From Raillietiella orientalis (Eukaryota): a stretch of DNA of 64,000 nucleotides. The stretch lies in assembly GCA_036172245.1 (NCBI GenBank), contig JAYWIR010000010.1, forward strand, positions 3,286,001 to 3,350,000, in the 5' to 3' direction. Position 1 is the first letter of the stretch. Each line of letters starts with the position of its first letter. Under the pieces are notes generated by a model that worked only from the letters and a program-made list of their open reading frames with translations, ran no database searches and was not told where the DNA came from. Both the position numbers and the translations under genes were made by a program. This document shows, piece by piece, positions 13,813 to 26,799 of this stretch.

Positions 13813-15240
13813 TTTTTTTTTTTTGTGTGTGTGTGGGGGGGGGGGAAGGGAGTCACTAAGTACCCAAGAACCGTTCGCCTATGGGCTTACGAAGCTCCTT
13901 GATACTGTTCATGCCACCCAAGGGTGCGCATTTGTCAACTCTTCAAGTTAGGGGGTACCCCGGGAGGGCACCACCTTATGAATCCAGGAAGGCTCTGCAG
14001 AGAGGAGTCCGTTTCTCTCACGCCTATGGAGGGATCCCCGAAGGGAGACTCCGCCCTGGTTGTCTCCGAAGGGAACCTCTTCCTTATTCTCTCCGGAAGT
14101 ATCCCCCGGAGGGAACCGCTCCCCATTTCTCCACTAAAGGGAACCCGGAAGGGATCTGCTCATGGAATTTCTTCTCCGGAGGGAACCCGCAAGGGAATCC
14201 TCCTTTGTTTACTCCTCCGAAAGGGAACCCCGAAGGGACGCTCCCGAATTTTCTCTGAAGGGCGCTTCCCGAAGGGAGCGGCGCGCTTCTCACACTCTGG
14301 AGAGGTATCAACCAACCACCTCCATGGCACGCGATAAGGGTCTTCCAAGAAGGGGAGGACGGCTCCCTTTCCGCAACCGGAGGGGAAGCCCGTAGGAAAC
14401 CATCTCCTTCCGATCGCTCCCAGTCAACGGGGTTTTCGGATTCCATCAGTGCCTTACCCGAAACCAACCAGCGTGACCCTGAGTGGGGACTCGAAGCCCA
14501 CGACGCATCCATTTGTCGGAGTCGATCCTCCACATGGGGATTGATACCCGCAATTCTTGGTACCACGCTCGGAGACCGTAGCCACATCGCCGGCCATTCC
14601 CCATTAAAAAGGCGAGACATTCCACTATCTTCTCCATGTTTATTGGCATAGTCTTAGATTGCCCTGGTTGTGGGAGCCAAACCAAGGTCTGTTCTTCCAA
14701 ACGGACGATTTTTGACAGCTGGTGTACAGAAGGTTGCGAGAAGTATTTTTTTAACTTACGAAATAAAAGCTGCATATCCTTCTTGAAACACGCGGTTCTT
14801 TTGGAACACCACTTCTTTCGCAACACATTACCGGGAGAGCATCGGCGATTGTGCGGCGTCATCTTCACTCTTCAGGATCAGCAGCCCTTCATTTGGAGTA
14901 AAGCAAGAGCCGCTCGACGAGAAAATTGCCGCCTGTTTCAAGGAGCCGCGCGGAGGTGAGCATCAGCACTGCCCGCTGATACCAGAAGGTGGCGCCTTGG
15001 AAACAAAGTACCTCTTCGAATACTGCATTCAAAGAGTGCTTTGCGCTCTGGCCTGCTTCCGGATTGTAGATCTTCCTATTGCCTCCCGCCTCCCTTTCTT
15101 GAATCTTTATGTAAAGCAGCAGTGGTGTCGCCACATCCTTCCTGTTCGAACGCTGGCGGCATTGAGAGGTTTTGTTTGAAATCAGCTACAGACTACCACC
15201 GCTCGCTTCTTCTAGTGATGAAGTTCAAGCCCTCAACCTA
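13813..15240 (-). mobile_element. Interspersed repeat copy 1: probable non-LTR 3' fragment with hairpin-rich repeat tail
   Basis: Homologous to 29930-30600 and 39200-39930. Minus-strand remnants LLYIKIQEREAGG and LRAWYQELRVSIPMWRID. A T12 run at 13813-13824 could be a poly(A) tail. Confidence 0.6.
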
Positions 15241-18200
15241 GCGGGTAGAACAGAATAGAATCAAGGATGGGATTTTAAATTTTTCCGTCATTCCACGGTA
15301 AACACCAGAAAGAAGTTTTGGAAGGCAACATTTCAAGGATGCCGCTGGCTGTGGAAAGGAGAAGATGCAAACCATGGCAACGGAACCGAAATTCGGGATG
15401 GATCACCACATTCGCGTTGCCACTTGCAGATTTAAAAACGTCTTAGCCTGGAATTACGCGAAGAGCGCATCGCTCAGTCGAATGCACCAGGATTTTCGCG
15501 CTTTTTTTTTTTTTTGGAACCCTTTACAAAAATTATTAATGTTTCCATTACGGGAAAAAGGAATTCTTCCTTCTTTCCGGTTTGAAAAAAAATGTTTTAT
15601 TAAAGGCGAACTGTTTGCAAGATGAACTTACCGAGACAAATTGCACCGCATCTCTCGGAGTGCATGGATACAGATTCGGGAGTACGTCTTGTCCTGCAAT
15701 TCGGCTTATTTATTCTGAATTAGAACGTTCCACCCCGTCTTGATACCATGGAGAATACTACGATGATTCCCTCTAATTAAGAAGGAAAGAAATGCTCAGT
15801 GACAGTGGAAACCATCTCTGCAGCTTGTTATTCCACAGAGAGCTACACTCGCGCTTTTAAGGGAATGGGGTCAGGTTCGAGTTTTCCGGTAGAAGGCGGC
15901 CACGGGAACCAGGGAGCGATTGAATTTTCGGAAACAGCAAGGTTGATCCGGGCTATAGTAACTAATTTGCGTGGAAGCTGAATGATTAATGGCCACACTA
16001 CACAGGTGAGATGCAGGCGCGACTGCATTCTCAACGAAGACACTCCTGGCAACGATAGCACATCCTTCACTGAGCTGTCGAGGAAGAGCTTGCATCTTCC
16101 AGAACCGGCTCTATGAACGCAATTTGTCCTGGACTTTAAATAACGGAAATTGGGAATGCAGGATTCTAAAATTTCAGTGTTAGTCACGGTGTTCATCCCG
16201 TGTGCAGATTGCCTGGGGTACCTTCATGGGGATTAAAAAGAACTGTTTAGGCACATCCAGTAATCTCTTGTTTCTGCTCCATAACTGCGGCTTGGCTGCG
16301 TTTGTTGCAACTTGACGGCAGGGATTTCTCGCCTCCTGAACACAATGTACACAAAACTTTCCCGACAGGGGATTTCGAAAGGAAAAGTCAAGATTGGGGA
16401 ACACACTCGCGCCTCCTACGACGGGGATGATCGATTGTCTATCCGAGTGATTGAACCATCCTAGTGGTCCTGTGTCGGGAGCGCTGATCTGCGAAACGAA
16501 ACCCGGAACTTTGAAGAGGGCGGTTCTCCCGCAGCTAAAATGCACGGATTCCTACCACTTAATAGAGATTGTCAGATGAGTGCCTGACCATTCCTTCACG
16601 ACCTCATACTCACACGGCGGCATGCATCCGTTTTCACCGCCTCCTCCGGCTGTCATTCCACTGTTTAATGACAGTTGTGATTGCATGAACAAATTCACAT
16701 AGCCAGATTACGGATCACGTCAGTACAGTAGGTATCACAAGATTTCAATTTTATGATCCACTTTTCGGAATTAAGAGTTCCAGCCCAACTGCTCATACAA
16801 ATCCTGTAAACGGTTATATCGACGAGTTCCGGGCAAGGAGCGTTGCTATGATATTTCGGGAAGTTGAGCCTCTGCAAGCCAGATAAGATCGCAGGAATCG
16901 TTGTCCTACCATTCCCAAGGAAAAAGAGAATTCGAGAAAAGCAGAGGTGAAAGAGAATGCTGAAGAGTGGTTTGAATCCAATTCAAAGAAGAAAAGCAGA
17001 AGAGACTTTCCTCAGATGAATTGTGAAGGTTAGAAAGTTTTCAGAGCGACTGTAAATAGATCTATCCGTAATCTTTTTTTTTTTCCCCGCTGCTGAGCAA
17101 AGTTAAGGGAACGGATTTCGCAACTTCAGGAGGGTGTTTGCGTAGTGCACAGGAGCAAATACCGAAATGCTCAGGAAGAATACACGATGGAAAGAATTAT
17201 GCTCTAATTCTGACCCTCGATTTGAGGGCATTTATCAAAGACATTCCTTTTCTGGCTATTGAGCTATTCTCACCGTGGAAGTGAGATCGGACTCATCCGC
17301 AGATTCTTGTGTTGTTAGAGAATGATTTCGAAAGCAACGCGACTTTACCGGAGTGAAAGTGACCTTACTGTGAAGAGATTAAAGATATCCTTTGCTCCCC
17401 TGAACCAAGAGGCTTTCATGGGATTCTCTGCACACGGAAAACGCCTTGCAATCGGATTACAGCTGGCATTTCAGCAGCTGAATCTGCAGGATAGAGCCAT
17501 TCTGTCTGTTAGACTTACGCACAGTTCACTTCAGAGGCAGCGTGTGGAAAGTAAGGAAGCAGCTTTGGCTTTTGTTAACACCTCCCAAGTTGCCGTTAGT
17601 TGAATCTGAAAAATTTAAGGCGAAACATTTGACGCATTACACAGCAGGTTGCGAAAGAGTCAACTTGTGTCAAGAAATCATGCTGGATAGAAAGTCAATC
17701 CTGCGCTATCAGGTCCATCAGGTGGAGGCAACACAAATGGTTACTGAAGCTGTAAAGAAACCAAGTCGCCTTTGAAAATTCGAAACCACTACTCAGTGAT
17801 CATCGTATCGCAGAGATAGGGCACTGAGAAGAAGGGCTTGAAAGGGCATCAGTGTGGCAAATTAACGACACTGGTCGGGACCAAATAGTCGAAAAAAATG
17901 ATGGAGAGATCGGGATGATGAAAAAGCTGATTGCACTCCGAACATCAAAGGAAATGCACGCACTGCCACCCGCAGGACAATTCGAAAAGACGGAAACTCG
18001 CAGTCTCATTAACAACTGTTTTAAAATCATCAAGAAAATAATTGGAAGCTCATCAATCAGTTCACGGTGTTTCCCGAACACGAAGTAGTAGTCATGGTTG
18101 AGCATTTGTATTAGCTCCGGCTTCGTAGTTTTGCATCAGTCCTCTCTTCTCATGAGGCTGATGAGGTTTGATGCAAACAAACGCACGAGGATGGATTCCT

Positions 18201-20319
18201 TTTTTTCTCCATTTCTTGTTTCTAATGGCTTTTTTCCTAGCACGTCATGCTGAAAGCCGGTGATGAGCACAACCTAAGATCTGAGACTTCAGATTCTCCA
18301 TCATTTTGCAGATACACGGTGAGCGGAAATTCCAAATATCAGTGTCAGGATGGAAGTTTCCTTAAATACCTGAATCTTCCGCATTGCATGTCTTCTATGC
18401 AGCCCCCATTTCCCAAATGGGCGCGAATCCCTAATGATTCGCGTGAAAGCAGGAATTTCCTGCTGTTTTCCGTAATACGAAGAGAGTTAGGCATGGCTAA
18501 TTGCAGGTGGATAAACACTTTCTCCTCATAGGCAGGGGATGTTCGACGAAACACCGCAGAACTATCATGCAGTTCGAACCCTGGCACCTGGTGTTCCTCT
18601 CCCGTGGACCAGTCCAAATGATGACGAGTGCTGCTTTAAAAAACTAAGGCGATGATCATTTTTTCATTCGAAATCACAGTTAATTACTTGAAGAACAGGC
18701 AAAGACGAGCTGAACTTCCTAATTCATTTTCAGCCGCAGTGTAAACTCCTAGCAGCAAAATTGGTGTCTGCGCACACACATACACTTAATACGAAAAATG
18801 AACACGAAATCGTCTTCAAGAGAAAATATTCGACTGATTTCTGTAGGCAGCGTGCACGAGATTAAGGGGCTTTAAGATGAACACTTGGAAGCATAGCAAA
18901 TCATTCGCGCCATAAACGTTTTGGTCGCAAGCATCCACTTGAAAGAATCCTTTGACTGAGATTTTAAGTAAGAATTTCGGAACGATCTCTGAATTTTCAT
19001 ACTCTTCGGAGAATTTCAAGCAGCGTTTTCCACGATTCCAAACACTCAAACATTAGAGTACTGAGGGATGCAAGTTCCTGCAACACATCCGCGTAGCAAC
19101 CTGTCAAACCATCAGGAACTTTTGGAATTCCCCTTAATTGTTTTCGCCGTCCAATTTAACTTCCAGCACTTTTCTTGCAGATTTTTGTCCACCTCGGAGA
19201 AGTTACATAGTATTAGGCAGCTTTTTGCTGTACAGAAGAAGTTATTCTCATTGAGGGAGCAGCTTGCCTGCAACATTGAATGGAGGCTCCATTGCCTTGC
19301 ACGTGGTGGCTTATTGTCATTCCATTCTTCTCAAATCAATGGAGGATCGAGAATAATCAAAAAAATTCAGTTTTAATGGGCGTGATTTAATGCGTCAGCG
19401 ATCATGATGAGCTTGGAATCCTATCAACGGAGGCAAAAAAGTAATCCGAACTAAATGGAGAATTCTCATTTTAATTTCGTTCCGATGTGCATCATGATAA
19501 TGCAGCACATCTTAAGATCTGGAAAATTTTTCCATCCTGAGTGACCATGCCTCCTCCTTCCAGTCGGTTTTTCAGAATCCAGCGAGCCTCTTTTACGTTT
19601 TCCATGCAATCGGGAAAGGCAAAAGGAAAATTCTAAATCCTTCCTTACATATCAATGTTTGGGGGAGGGGAGGGGGGGAATCGGGCTAGTCAAGGAACGA
19701 GAAGAGTAATTTTGGGGAGCCAGCGGCGTTACTTTCGGTTTCGTGTCGTGGAGTGCTGACGTCAGAGGGACGTACGGAAACTAACGACTTCCAAGGGGCA
19801 ACTATTTTAAAAGGTTTTTTCCAGCTCCCCTTTGAGTTTAGCAGTCCATTCACACGCAGCTGCATTCTGCAATATCTGAATGAAAGCAGAAATTTTCAAC
19901 TCTGGAGCCTTACTCACTGTTCAAGGCTCCCTGTTTCGAGCCTCTGCCTGGAAAAGTACAAAGCACTGAACCCTACTATCATTTCGCCCCTCTTGTCGAA
20001 AAGGAAATACTACTATGTATTCTCATCGATGCTCGGGATTCTCCCAGAAATCAATAGAAAGAATCGATCAATCTCATTTATTAAATGCAAAAACCGGATT
20101 CATTCATGAGCAGCCGTCCACGTCAAAATTGCTGCTGTTGACAAGAAATGAACAGCAGCGAAAATGGGGCTTCGTCCGGTGCGATGGCTCAAGAATCTCG
20201 CCCAGAGTTCAGAAATGTTTCTTTCGGCTCCAGGACCAACAAACTTTCCTCATTCTTCATGAGTTATTGATCACTTCTGACCCATAGAGCAAATCATCCC
20301 AATAGTTTGTTATTGCCCT

Positions 20320-20700
20320 ATGAGGGTAACAAAATTGGTGGTGATTATAGCAATAGCGAACAGCGACTTTCATGGTTCAAAAAAGAACAAAGTGCTCCGG
20401 AACGTAAAGACAAAAAGTCTAAGTGATTCGAAATCTGAGAATGCCTTCTTGAGAATGGAGAGAAAAGTTCGATGCTTGGGAGTTGTCTTGAGCGAAATCT
20501 GGTTGCATGAGAGGATCCAGGGAAACCTCGCGCGCTTGTTATTCCTGCGTGCTGAAAGATCAGCAGGATGCCTCGGTTCGCCTAACCTACCCGATAAGGC
20601 CGATGCATTCATTGCAGGCAGAATTTTTCGAACTGTTGGCACCTCTGGATCCTGAAATGTAGGATTTATTCCAAGGTGCGTTGAATTTGATGATGAAAAG
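20320..20700 (+). mobile_element. Possible old L1-like ORF2 fragment
   Basis: LLFLRAERSAGCLGSPNLPDKADAF resembles the post-RT LYLP...GGLGLPNL motif. Confidence 0.3.
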
Positions 20701-20980
20701 GAGCCCACGGGAGCCTTCGACCTATCAAGATTTAGATGCGTTCCCTGTGCGATATTCGGTAGCAACACACCGGAAACCTTTCGACAGACTCTAACGACCG
20801 AGCCTCTAGCCAAACAAAGGCAAGGTGGACATCCGAAAAAGTATTGCCGAATTTTATGTTTTAAAGGCACCGATTCTTATACAAATGTAAGAAAGAAAAT
20901 CACTTTCAGCACGCTCACGACTCAAGGCAAGTCAGCATGAAAAAGAGTCTTGATCATGGGATGACTATCCACGGTCTGGA

Positions 20981-23900
20981 TTTTTAACCCGGGTGAGCCG
21001 GGGCTTTTATTACTAAAAATTTTATAACAAAATTTCATAATAAAGTCTTCTTTTGATCAAGTGAAGTTGTCTTTGAATTGCTTTGTTTTTTTCAGTCGGA
21101 ACACACGATCCGACTGTCTTGAGGCACTTGTCCTTACCAACCCGCAGGCCGATAAGGTCCTCCACACTGGCGCGGGGGCGGGAAAAACAAAAACAAAACA
21201 AAAATAAAGAAAACGCCTGGAGGGTAATGTTCTTTGGGCGGGGAGAGGGGAAGGAGGGAATCACGGTACGCCGTGAGGAGGCCTCTGCATCCGGTTTCGG
21301 ATCCGAACAAGTGCCGGTAAATGGTGTCGAAGTCGTGGCCAACGGCAGGCCTTCTCCAAGGAGATGGCTGCCCAGTGAATGGCACTCCGACTGGTGCGTC
21401 CTCTCCTTGACGCGGTCCATTTGTCCAGGATTCCGTGTATACAACAGAGCACTGCTACACACCCGGAAGCTGGCAAGGCGTCCCGCATCAGGAGGCGTCT
21501 GAATAAGTTTTTCAGGTCGCCGACCGGAATGTTCAGGATCGACGAGAGTCGGTCCCACATCTCCCGGAGGGCGACACACTCCAGAATCAGGTGGGGGAAG
21601 ACCTCCCGCTCCCCGCACTCTGTGCAGTTGGCATCCACACTCCCCGATGTCCAGTGAGACAGGCGTGCTCTGCTTAAAAGTCCCCAATGGAGAAGAAGCA
21701 GCACCGTCTCCTGCCACTGCAGGGGAAGGGTGCCGTTGTCCCAAGACGCTGGGGGCCACTTCACCTCCTCCGGAATTATGTCGAGCAGCGCGCCCCAGCG
21801 TAAAAAAGTCCGTTCGGCGGAACAGGGGGTGTACTAGCGTCCGCTAGTTCCCTTGACGTCCACGCCTTCAATAGTTTTTTCCTGCCTCCGATGAGGCAGG
21901 ACACTTCCCACGATGCCTTTCTGCTGGCTGTCCCGAACTTCCCTGAGGGAGGGCAGCACGGGGGCAAGGGGAGTGAAGGACTCCCACAGAAGTTTCCGTG
22001 GGTTGCATATGATCTCCTGCAGTGACTGACCAGCGTGCCTGCCTCTACGGAGGCAGGAGAAGTCCTCATCGCTGGAGCCGTTGACTTTCGCCCATGCGGA
22101 AACGGACTCCTGGAGCCAGGTAGTCCAGTCCGCAGGGATGCAGGAGATCCACGGATTGTCTCTCAACAGGGCAACCAAATCCCGCAGCTGAAACCCACAG
22201 TGGTTTAGGCTGCGGTCGTTGGCTACTAGGATTGAGGTCAATCCTTGGCAGCCGGTTGCCCTGTGAGCAAGGAGTCTTGATGGTGCACAGCAGGGTGCGG
22301 TCCAATACTTTGCCACAAGGGCAAGTTTTCGGAATTGGAGCTGTCGCTCCATGCGCTCCAGCGTCAGGAGACCAAGTCCACCGTCCCTGCGTGGAGAGCA
22401 CATGTCTTTAAGTCGGACGCGGGGCCTCCGGTTGCCCCAGAGGGCTTTCCGTATGAGACTCCTTGTCCTTTTCCGAATTTGGGGAGGGGTGGGGCACACA
22501 AAAAGTAGGGGGCGAAGGAGGGGGGCCGCGAAAGCGTTCCACACCGTGGCCCGTTCCTGTAAGTAAAACTTGCCGTCCCGGAACGGGCCGATCGCCAACT
22601 CCACCTTTTGAAGACGGTCGGACCAGGCTTCTGCAGCGCAGAAGTCCCCCAACGGAACGCCAAGGTACTTGATGCACCTGCCCGTGGGGATCCCCAAGCG
22701 GATCCAATCCGACCGTCCGGCCCGCGACGAGTCCGTGAAGAGCAACGACGACTTCGCCCTGTTTACCTCGAGTCCGGTCTCACGGTGCAGCAGCTCGAAG
22801 AAATCCTCGAGCGCCGATGCCGGGGTGGACCCGGGAAGCAGGAGCAGAAGGTCGTCGGCATAGGCCGACACGGCAGGCGTACCGGGACACGAGCTCGGCA
22901 GGGTTGCCAAAGTCTCCCTGTATGCTCTCAGCACCAACTCAAAGTAGATGCTGAAGAGCAGGGGGCTGAGGCTGTCACCCTGCCGGATGCCGCGACGAAC
23001 CGGCACGCCGTACACGTGCCGGCCTCTGAAACAAATATTAATGATCGCGAAGCGCCAGCAGGAGCGCAGGTAGGCCAGGAAGACGGCCGGAGATCCCATG
23101 CGTTCCAGGAGCTCCAGGAGGAGATCCTGGTCGACGCAGTCGAAAGCTTTACGCAAATCGACTGCGACCGCAAGGGCTCCGGGCGCCTCATCTTATTCCC
23201 GGCTTCTCTCCCCCCAGTCACTGGAGAATCCAGGACTCTCCCGACTTAGCTGGGCCTCGCGTTGTTGCAACTGCCAAAAGGTGCTGGCGAGGAACAGGTT
23301 GGCCTCCATGGTTCGTCCTGGAACAGCGTATGTCTGTTTCGGACTGACCACGGGTTCCGCTACCCGTCCCAGCCGCTCAGCCCAAAGTTTGGCGAGCAAC
23401 TTTGCGTCCGCATTCACCACAGTGATGGGACGCCAGTTGCCAACGTTGCGCAAGTCTCCTCCCTTAGGGGGGAGACGTACTCTAGATGACCGGAACGAGT
23501 TGGGGACATGCCCACGTTCACGGATCAGCATACACAATTTGAGCACCAGAGGGACCAACTCTGCCGCGAAGTGTTGGTAGAATTCAGCTGGCAGGCCGTC
23601 TTCCCATGGTGCTTTATTTTTTTTTAATTGTTTGATGGCGGAGACAACCTCCGCCATCGTAAATTCTTCTTCAACGGTGTGACGTTGCTCCTCCCTTAAC
23701 GCGGGAGCACCCTCGGGCAGCAGACGCTGCGCAAAGGAGCGCTCTGGTGTTCTCCTCGCGTATAGGGAGGAGTAGATTTCCCGCAAAATGCGGCAAACCT
23801 GCGCTGGAGATGAGTGCTCCTGGCCTTCTTCGTCCAGTAAGCAGGCAGACCCGGATTGCCAGGCCTGCCTCTCAGCTCCAGCCTTGAACTCCGCCAGGCG

Positions 23901-24260
23901 ACGGACGTCGGGCTTGTTGGAGAAACGACGGGCCTGGAGATAGTTGCGGTCCTTTCTCACGCCTTCGCCGAAACCTGGAGGAAGTTGATGGAGGGGAAAC
24001 TGGTCGCAGAACTCTCGGACTGAGCGTTTTATTTTATCCCAGTCAGCGAGAGTCTGCAGTTCGCAACTTCGCAGGAATGCACGCAGATGTTTGCGCGCTC
24101 CTGCGAGTCGCAACCAGTCTCCCGGCAGGCGCCACGCTTCGGAGGGTGGACCTCTGTCGCGCGGATGGATGGTGAACACTAGCCGAGGGTGATCGGACAG
24201 CTCCGACGCGAGTGCCCCTCGAGTCCCCACCCGCGTGCACAGGTGGTTATCGAGGAACAC
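20981..24260 (-). mobile_element. 5'-truncated L1/Tx1-like non-LTR retrotransposon (ORF2: end of APE endonuclease, RT, C-terminal CCHC)
   Basis: Motifs seen: ELSDH, WRL, KAPWEDGLPAEFYQ, NWRPITVVNADAKLLAK, DLRKAFDCVD, GIRQGDSLSPLLF, AYADD, IKYLGVPL, GGLGL, CTECGEREVFPHLILEC. Frameshifts near 23190 and 21800-21900. AATAAA and a short A-run at the 3' end (~21010, 20981-20985); possible GTCTGG target-site duplication (20974-20979 / 24261-24266). Confidence 0.92.
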
Positions 24261-26799
24261 GTCTGGGTGGCGCTGCGCTTCAGGGTGTTTCCCATTTCAG
24301 GGCAAACACATTTGGTTTCCAGATCATACAATCATGGATGGTGGACTCATCAACAGACTTGACTTTCTGCCTGTGCAGGAGGTACTGATCAGAGTGGTCT
24401 CTCATCGCCTGTGCAGAAGATGCATAAAATTAAAGATCACACCCTCAACAGGTACGCTAGCTTCATACGACGTTTACAGGAAGGTGTGAAGTATTGGTAA
24501 AGAGAGAACTGAAGAGAGCTGCCACAAAATGTAGAGAATTGATGTTTTCTAATCGAGCTATTGCATGAACGGACACAGAGCTGATTCCAGAACTAAGTGC
24601 TCCGATGCTAACCATTGTGGACTCCATGTGACCTCTTAAGTGTTCGGAAGTGGAGCTTAAAGAGGCAAGACAAAAGAAGGAGAGCAAGAGTCACGTCCAG
24701 AATAGTGCTCACAACATCATAAAAGTTTTCTTCGATATCCATGGGATGGTGGGATCCTGAGGAGCGATGAAACACCAAGTATCCGAAGAGACAGACCAAG
24801 AACATTAAAAACAAAAATGGTGTGCTCGAGAACCCAGTGTTCTTGATAAGAGCACCTGATGGGTCTCCGCCCATACTGGAAGCATCTTCAAGATTGGCGT
24901 CTTTTTCCACGGTGAACGAAACCATGGAGATGACGGATCAGCTGAAATGATCCTGCTTGCGTTTCAAACGCTGCAAGCCCAAGCGGTGGAGGAATCCCGG
25001 AGGGCAGAAATATTCCGGCTCAGAGGCACTGATGAGAAAAAGATGTGCCTCTGATCCAAGATGAAATCCGGGCTAGCTTCCTCCGCTTGATGCTTTCCTT
25101 CGATAAAGAAACTGGTCGAGTTCCATTGTGGAGACGCTTTCCTCGAGTGACCTTTCAAATTCTCACCGTGAGAGAGATGGAGTTGGATGCATCTTTCTGC
25201 TGAGGATGGAAACAGCAAGTATTCTTGTCCGATAGCTGACTCCAGTTCCCTCCGGATGGTCTTCAGAGTTCCATCTGCCCCCTGAAATTCCAGTGTCGAC
25301 CATTGTCCCTTTCCTACAACCATTCAGGTTCTTAGCTGAATTCATTTTGTGGAGTTGCATTGGGATGGGAGCGAATGAAAATGGAAGAACTTGCATTCCT
25401 AAAGGACGGTGGAGATTTGTCCGGAGGTGGAGGTTTGTGTGAGTCTTAAGGAGTTGACCGCGACGGAGACTCTTCCAGAGCTATCAAAGTTAGACAAATC
25501 TAAATGCCTTCAAGACATCCTTAATTATGCTGCACCAAATAAATCCTCAGGAAGGGAAAAGAACTATTCTCTGCGACTTTCCACCGGTCAATCAGAAGTC
25601 TTTGGAAAGAATCCCAGAATCCCAGGATTCTTGATTGATGCCTCCGTCCTTTCCTCCCCCAACATACTGCCGTCTTCGTGGTGTATGTTCGTTCGACTTC
25701 CTGGTAATGAGGATCCCTGCCACACTTCAGCAGGCAGGTCTCAAGAAATCTGCCTCACTGCCGGAAGGCGCCAGACGCTGTAGCATCGCTGCAATTGCAT
25801 CGCAAGGACTCTTAGATTCCCGAACGCTGCTTCACATGAGCTCTGTCCCAAGTGTTCACCTACTCGGACTCACCAACCGCCTCTTCTCTTGAGATCCTTT
25901 GTCAGTGAGAGTAACGATGATCACGAGAATGCAAGGGTCTGGCTGGCATCCTAGGGAGGCGTTTGAGATCGTCCGCATGAGAAGAGCAAGGGAACCGTCG
26001 AATCCAGGATGCGAGATGCGAAGGAGTTCAGATGAAGCATTGAGACACTATCCCGAGACCGGTGGACACACTCGCCTTTTCTTCCCAGCCCTCCCTTCCT
26101 GATGTAGGACCTCGGTAATCAGTTCAGTGCCCCGAGAGCTGGGCCCAATTTTATCCTTCAGTTATTTATGGACCTTCTTTCTTCTTGCTTCACTACTTAT
26201 TGGTTCTGTGCGCCACGAGGGTTATTCCTTTCGTTTCGAGAAGAAAGATGCTGATCCTCTCATAATGGGGGAATTTCATTGTTGGAATCGTCCCCTTGCT
26301 TCAGAGCTGTCCTCTCAGCCGGAGAAGAACGACAGTGGTCAACTGACAAGATGTGAAAAAGTCACCTGCGAAATCGCAAGAAAAGAAAGCACCTATGTGG
26401 ATGACCACGCGTCCACTTCTCAAGGCAACCACTACACAAGTTCTCCCCGCAGAACTTCACCGATGGAAGGGTCTCCTAAGATTCTCCATGGAAGACCTCA
26501 ACATCCTCGCGGTGCCGTTAAGCAGCTCCGTGCTGCCCCTGAAGTAGCAAAATCTGGCAATGCTGGAACTAACTTGTAGGTCTTCCTCGCGAATGACGCT
26601 AACATCATTGCAATCCACTGACGCCAAGGATACCACGGATCAAGGAAGGAGGAACAAACCTCCAACTCTCAGGCAGGCTAGAAGCGGATTGAAAGGAGCG
26701 GACGAGAGGCTTCCTGCAGGGAGACAGAGGTACCACCGGTTGAACCCACCGCTTCTTCCCCAGCCTCCGGACGATGACGGCATCAGGGCTCGTTCTTCC

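Noticed and set aside
13940..14300. Regularly spaced repeats suggestive of a CRISPR array
   Set aside because: Units are degenerate, with no identical repeats or unique spacers, no cas genes, and a eukaryotic context.
18530..18600. GTTCGAACCC B-box-like motif (tRNA/SINE)
   Set aside because: No convincing A-box or cloverleaf.
22066..23580. Multiple long overlapping ORFs on the opposite strand or other frames of the retrotransposon
   Set aside because: Expected shadow ORFs of GC-rich RT-coding DNA.
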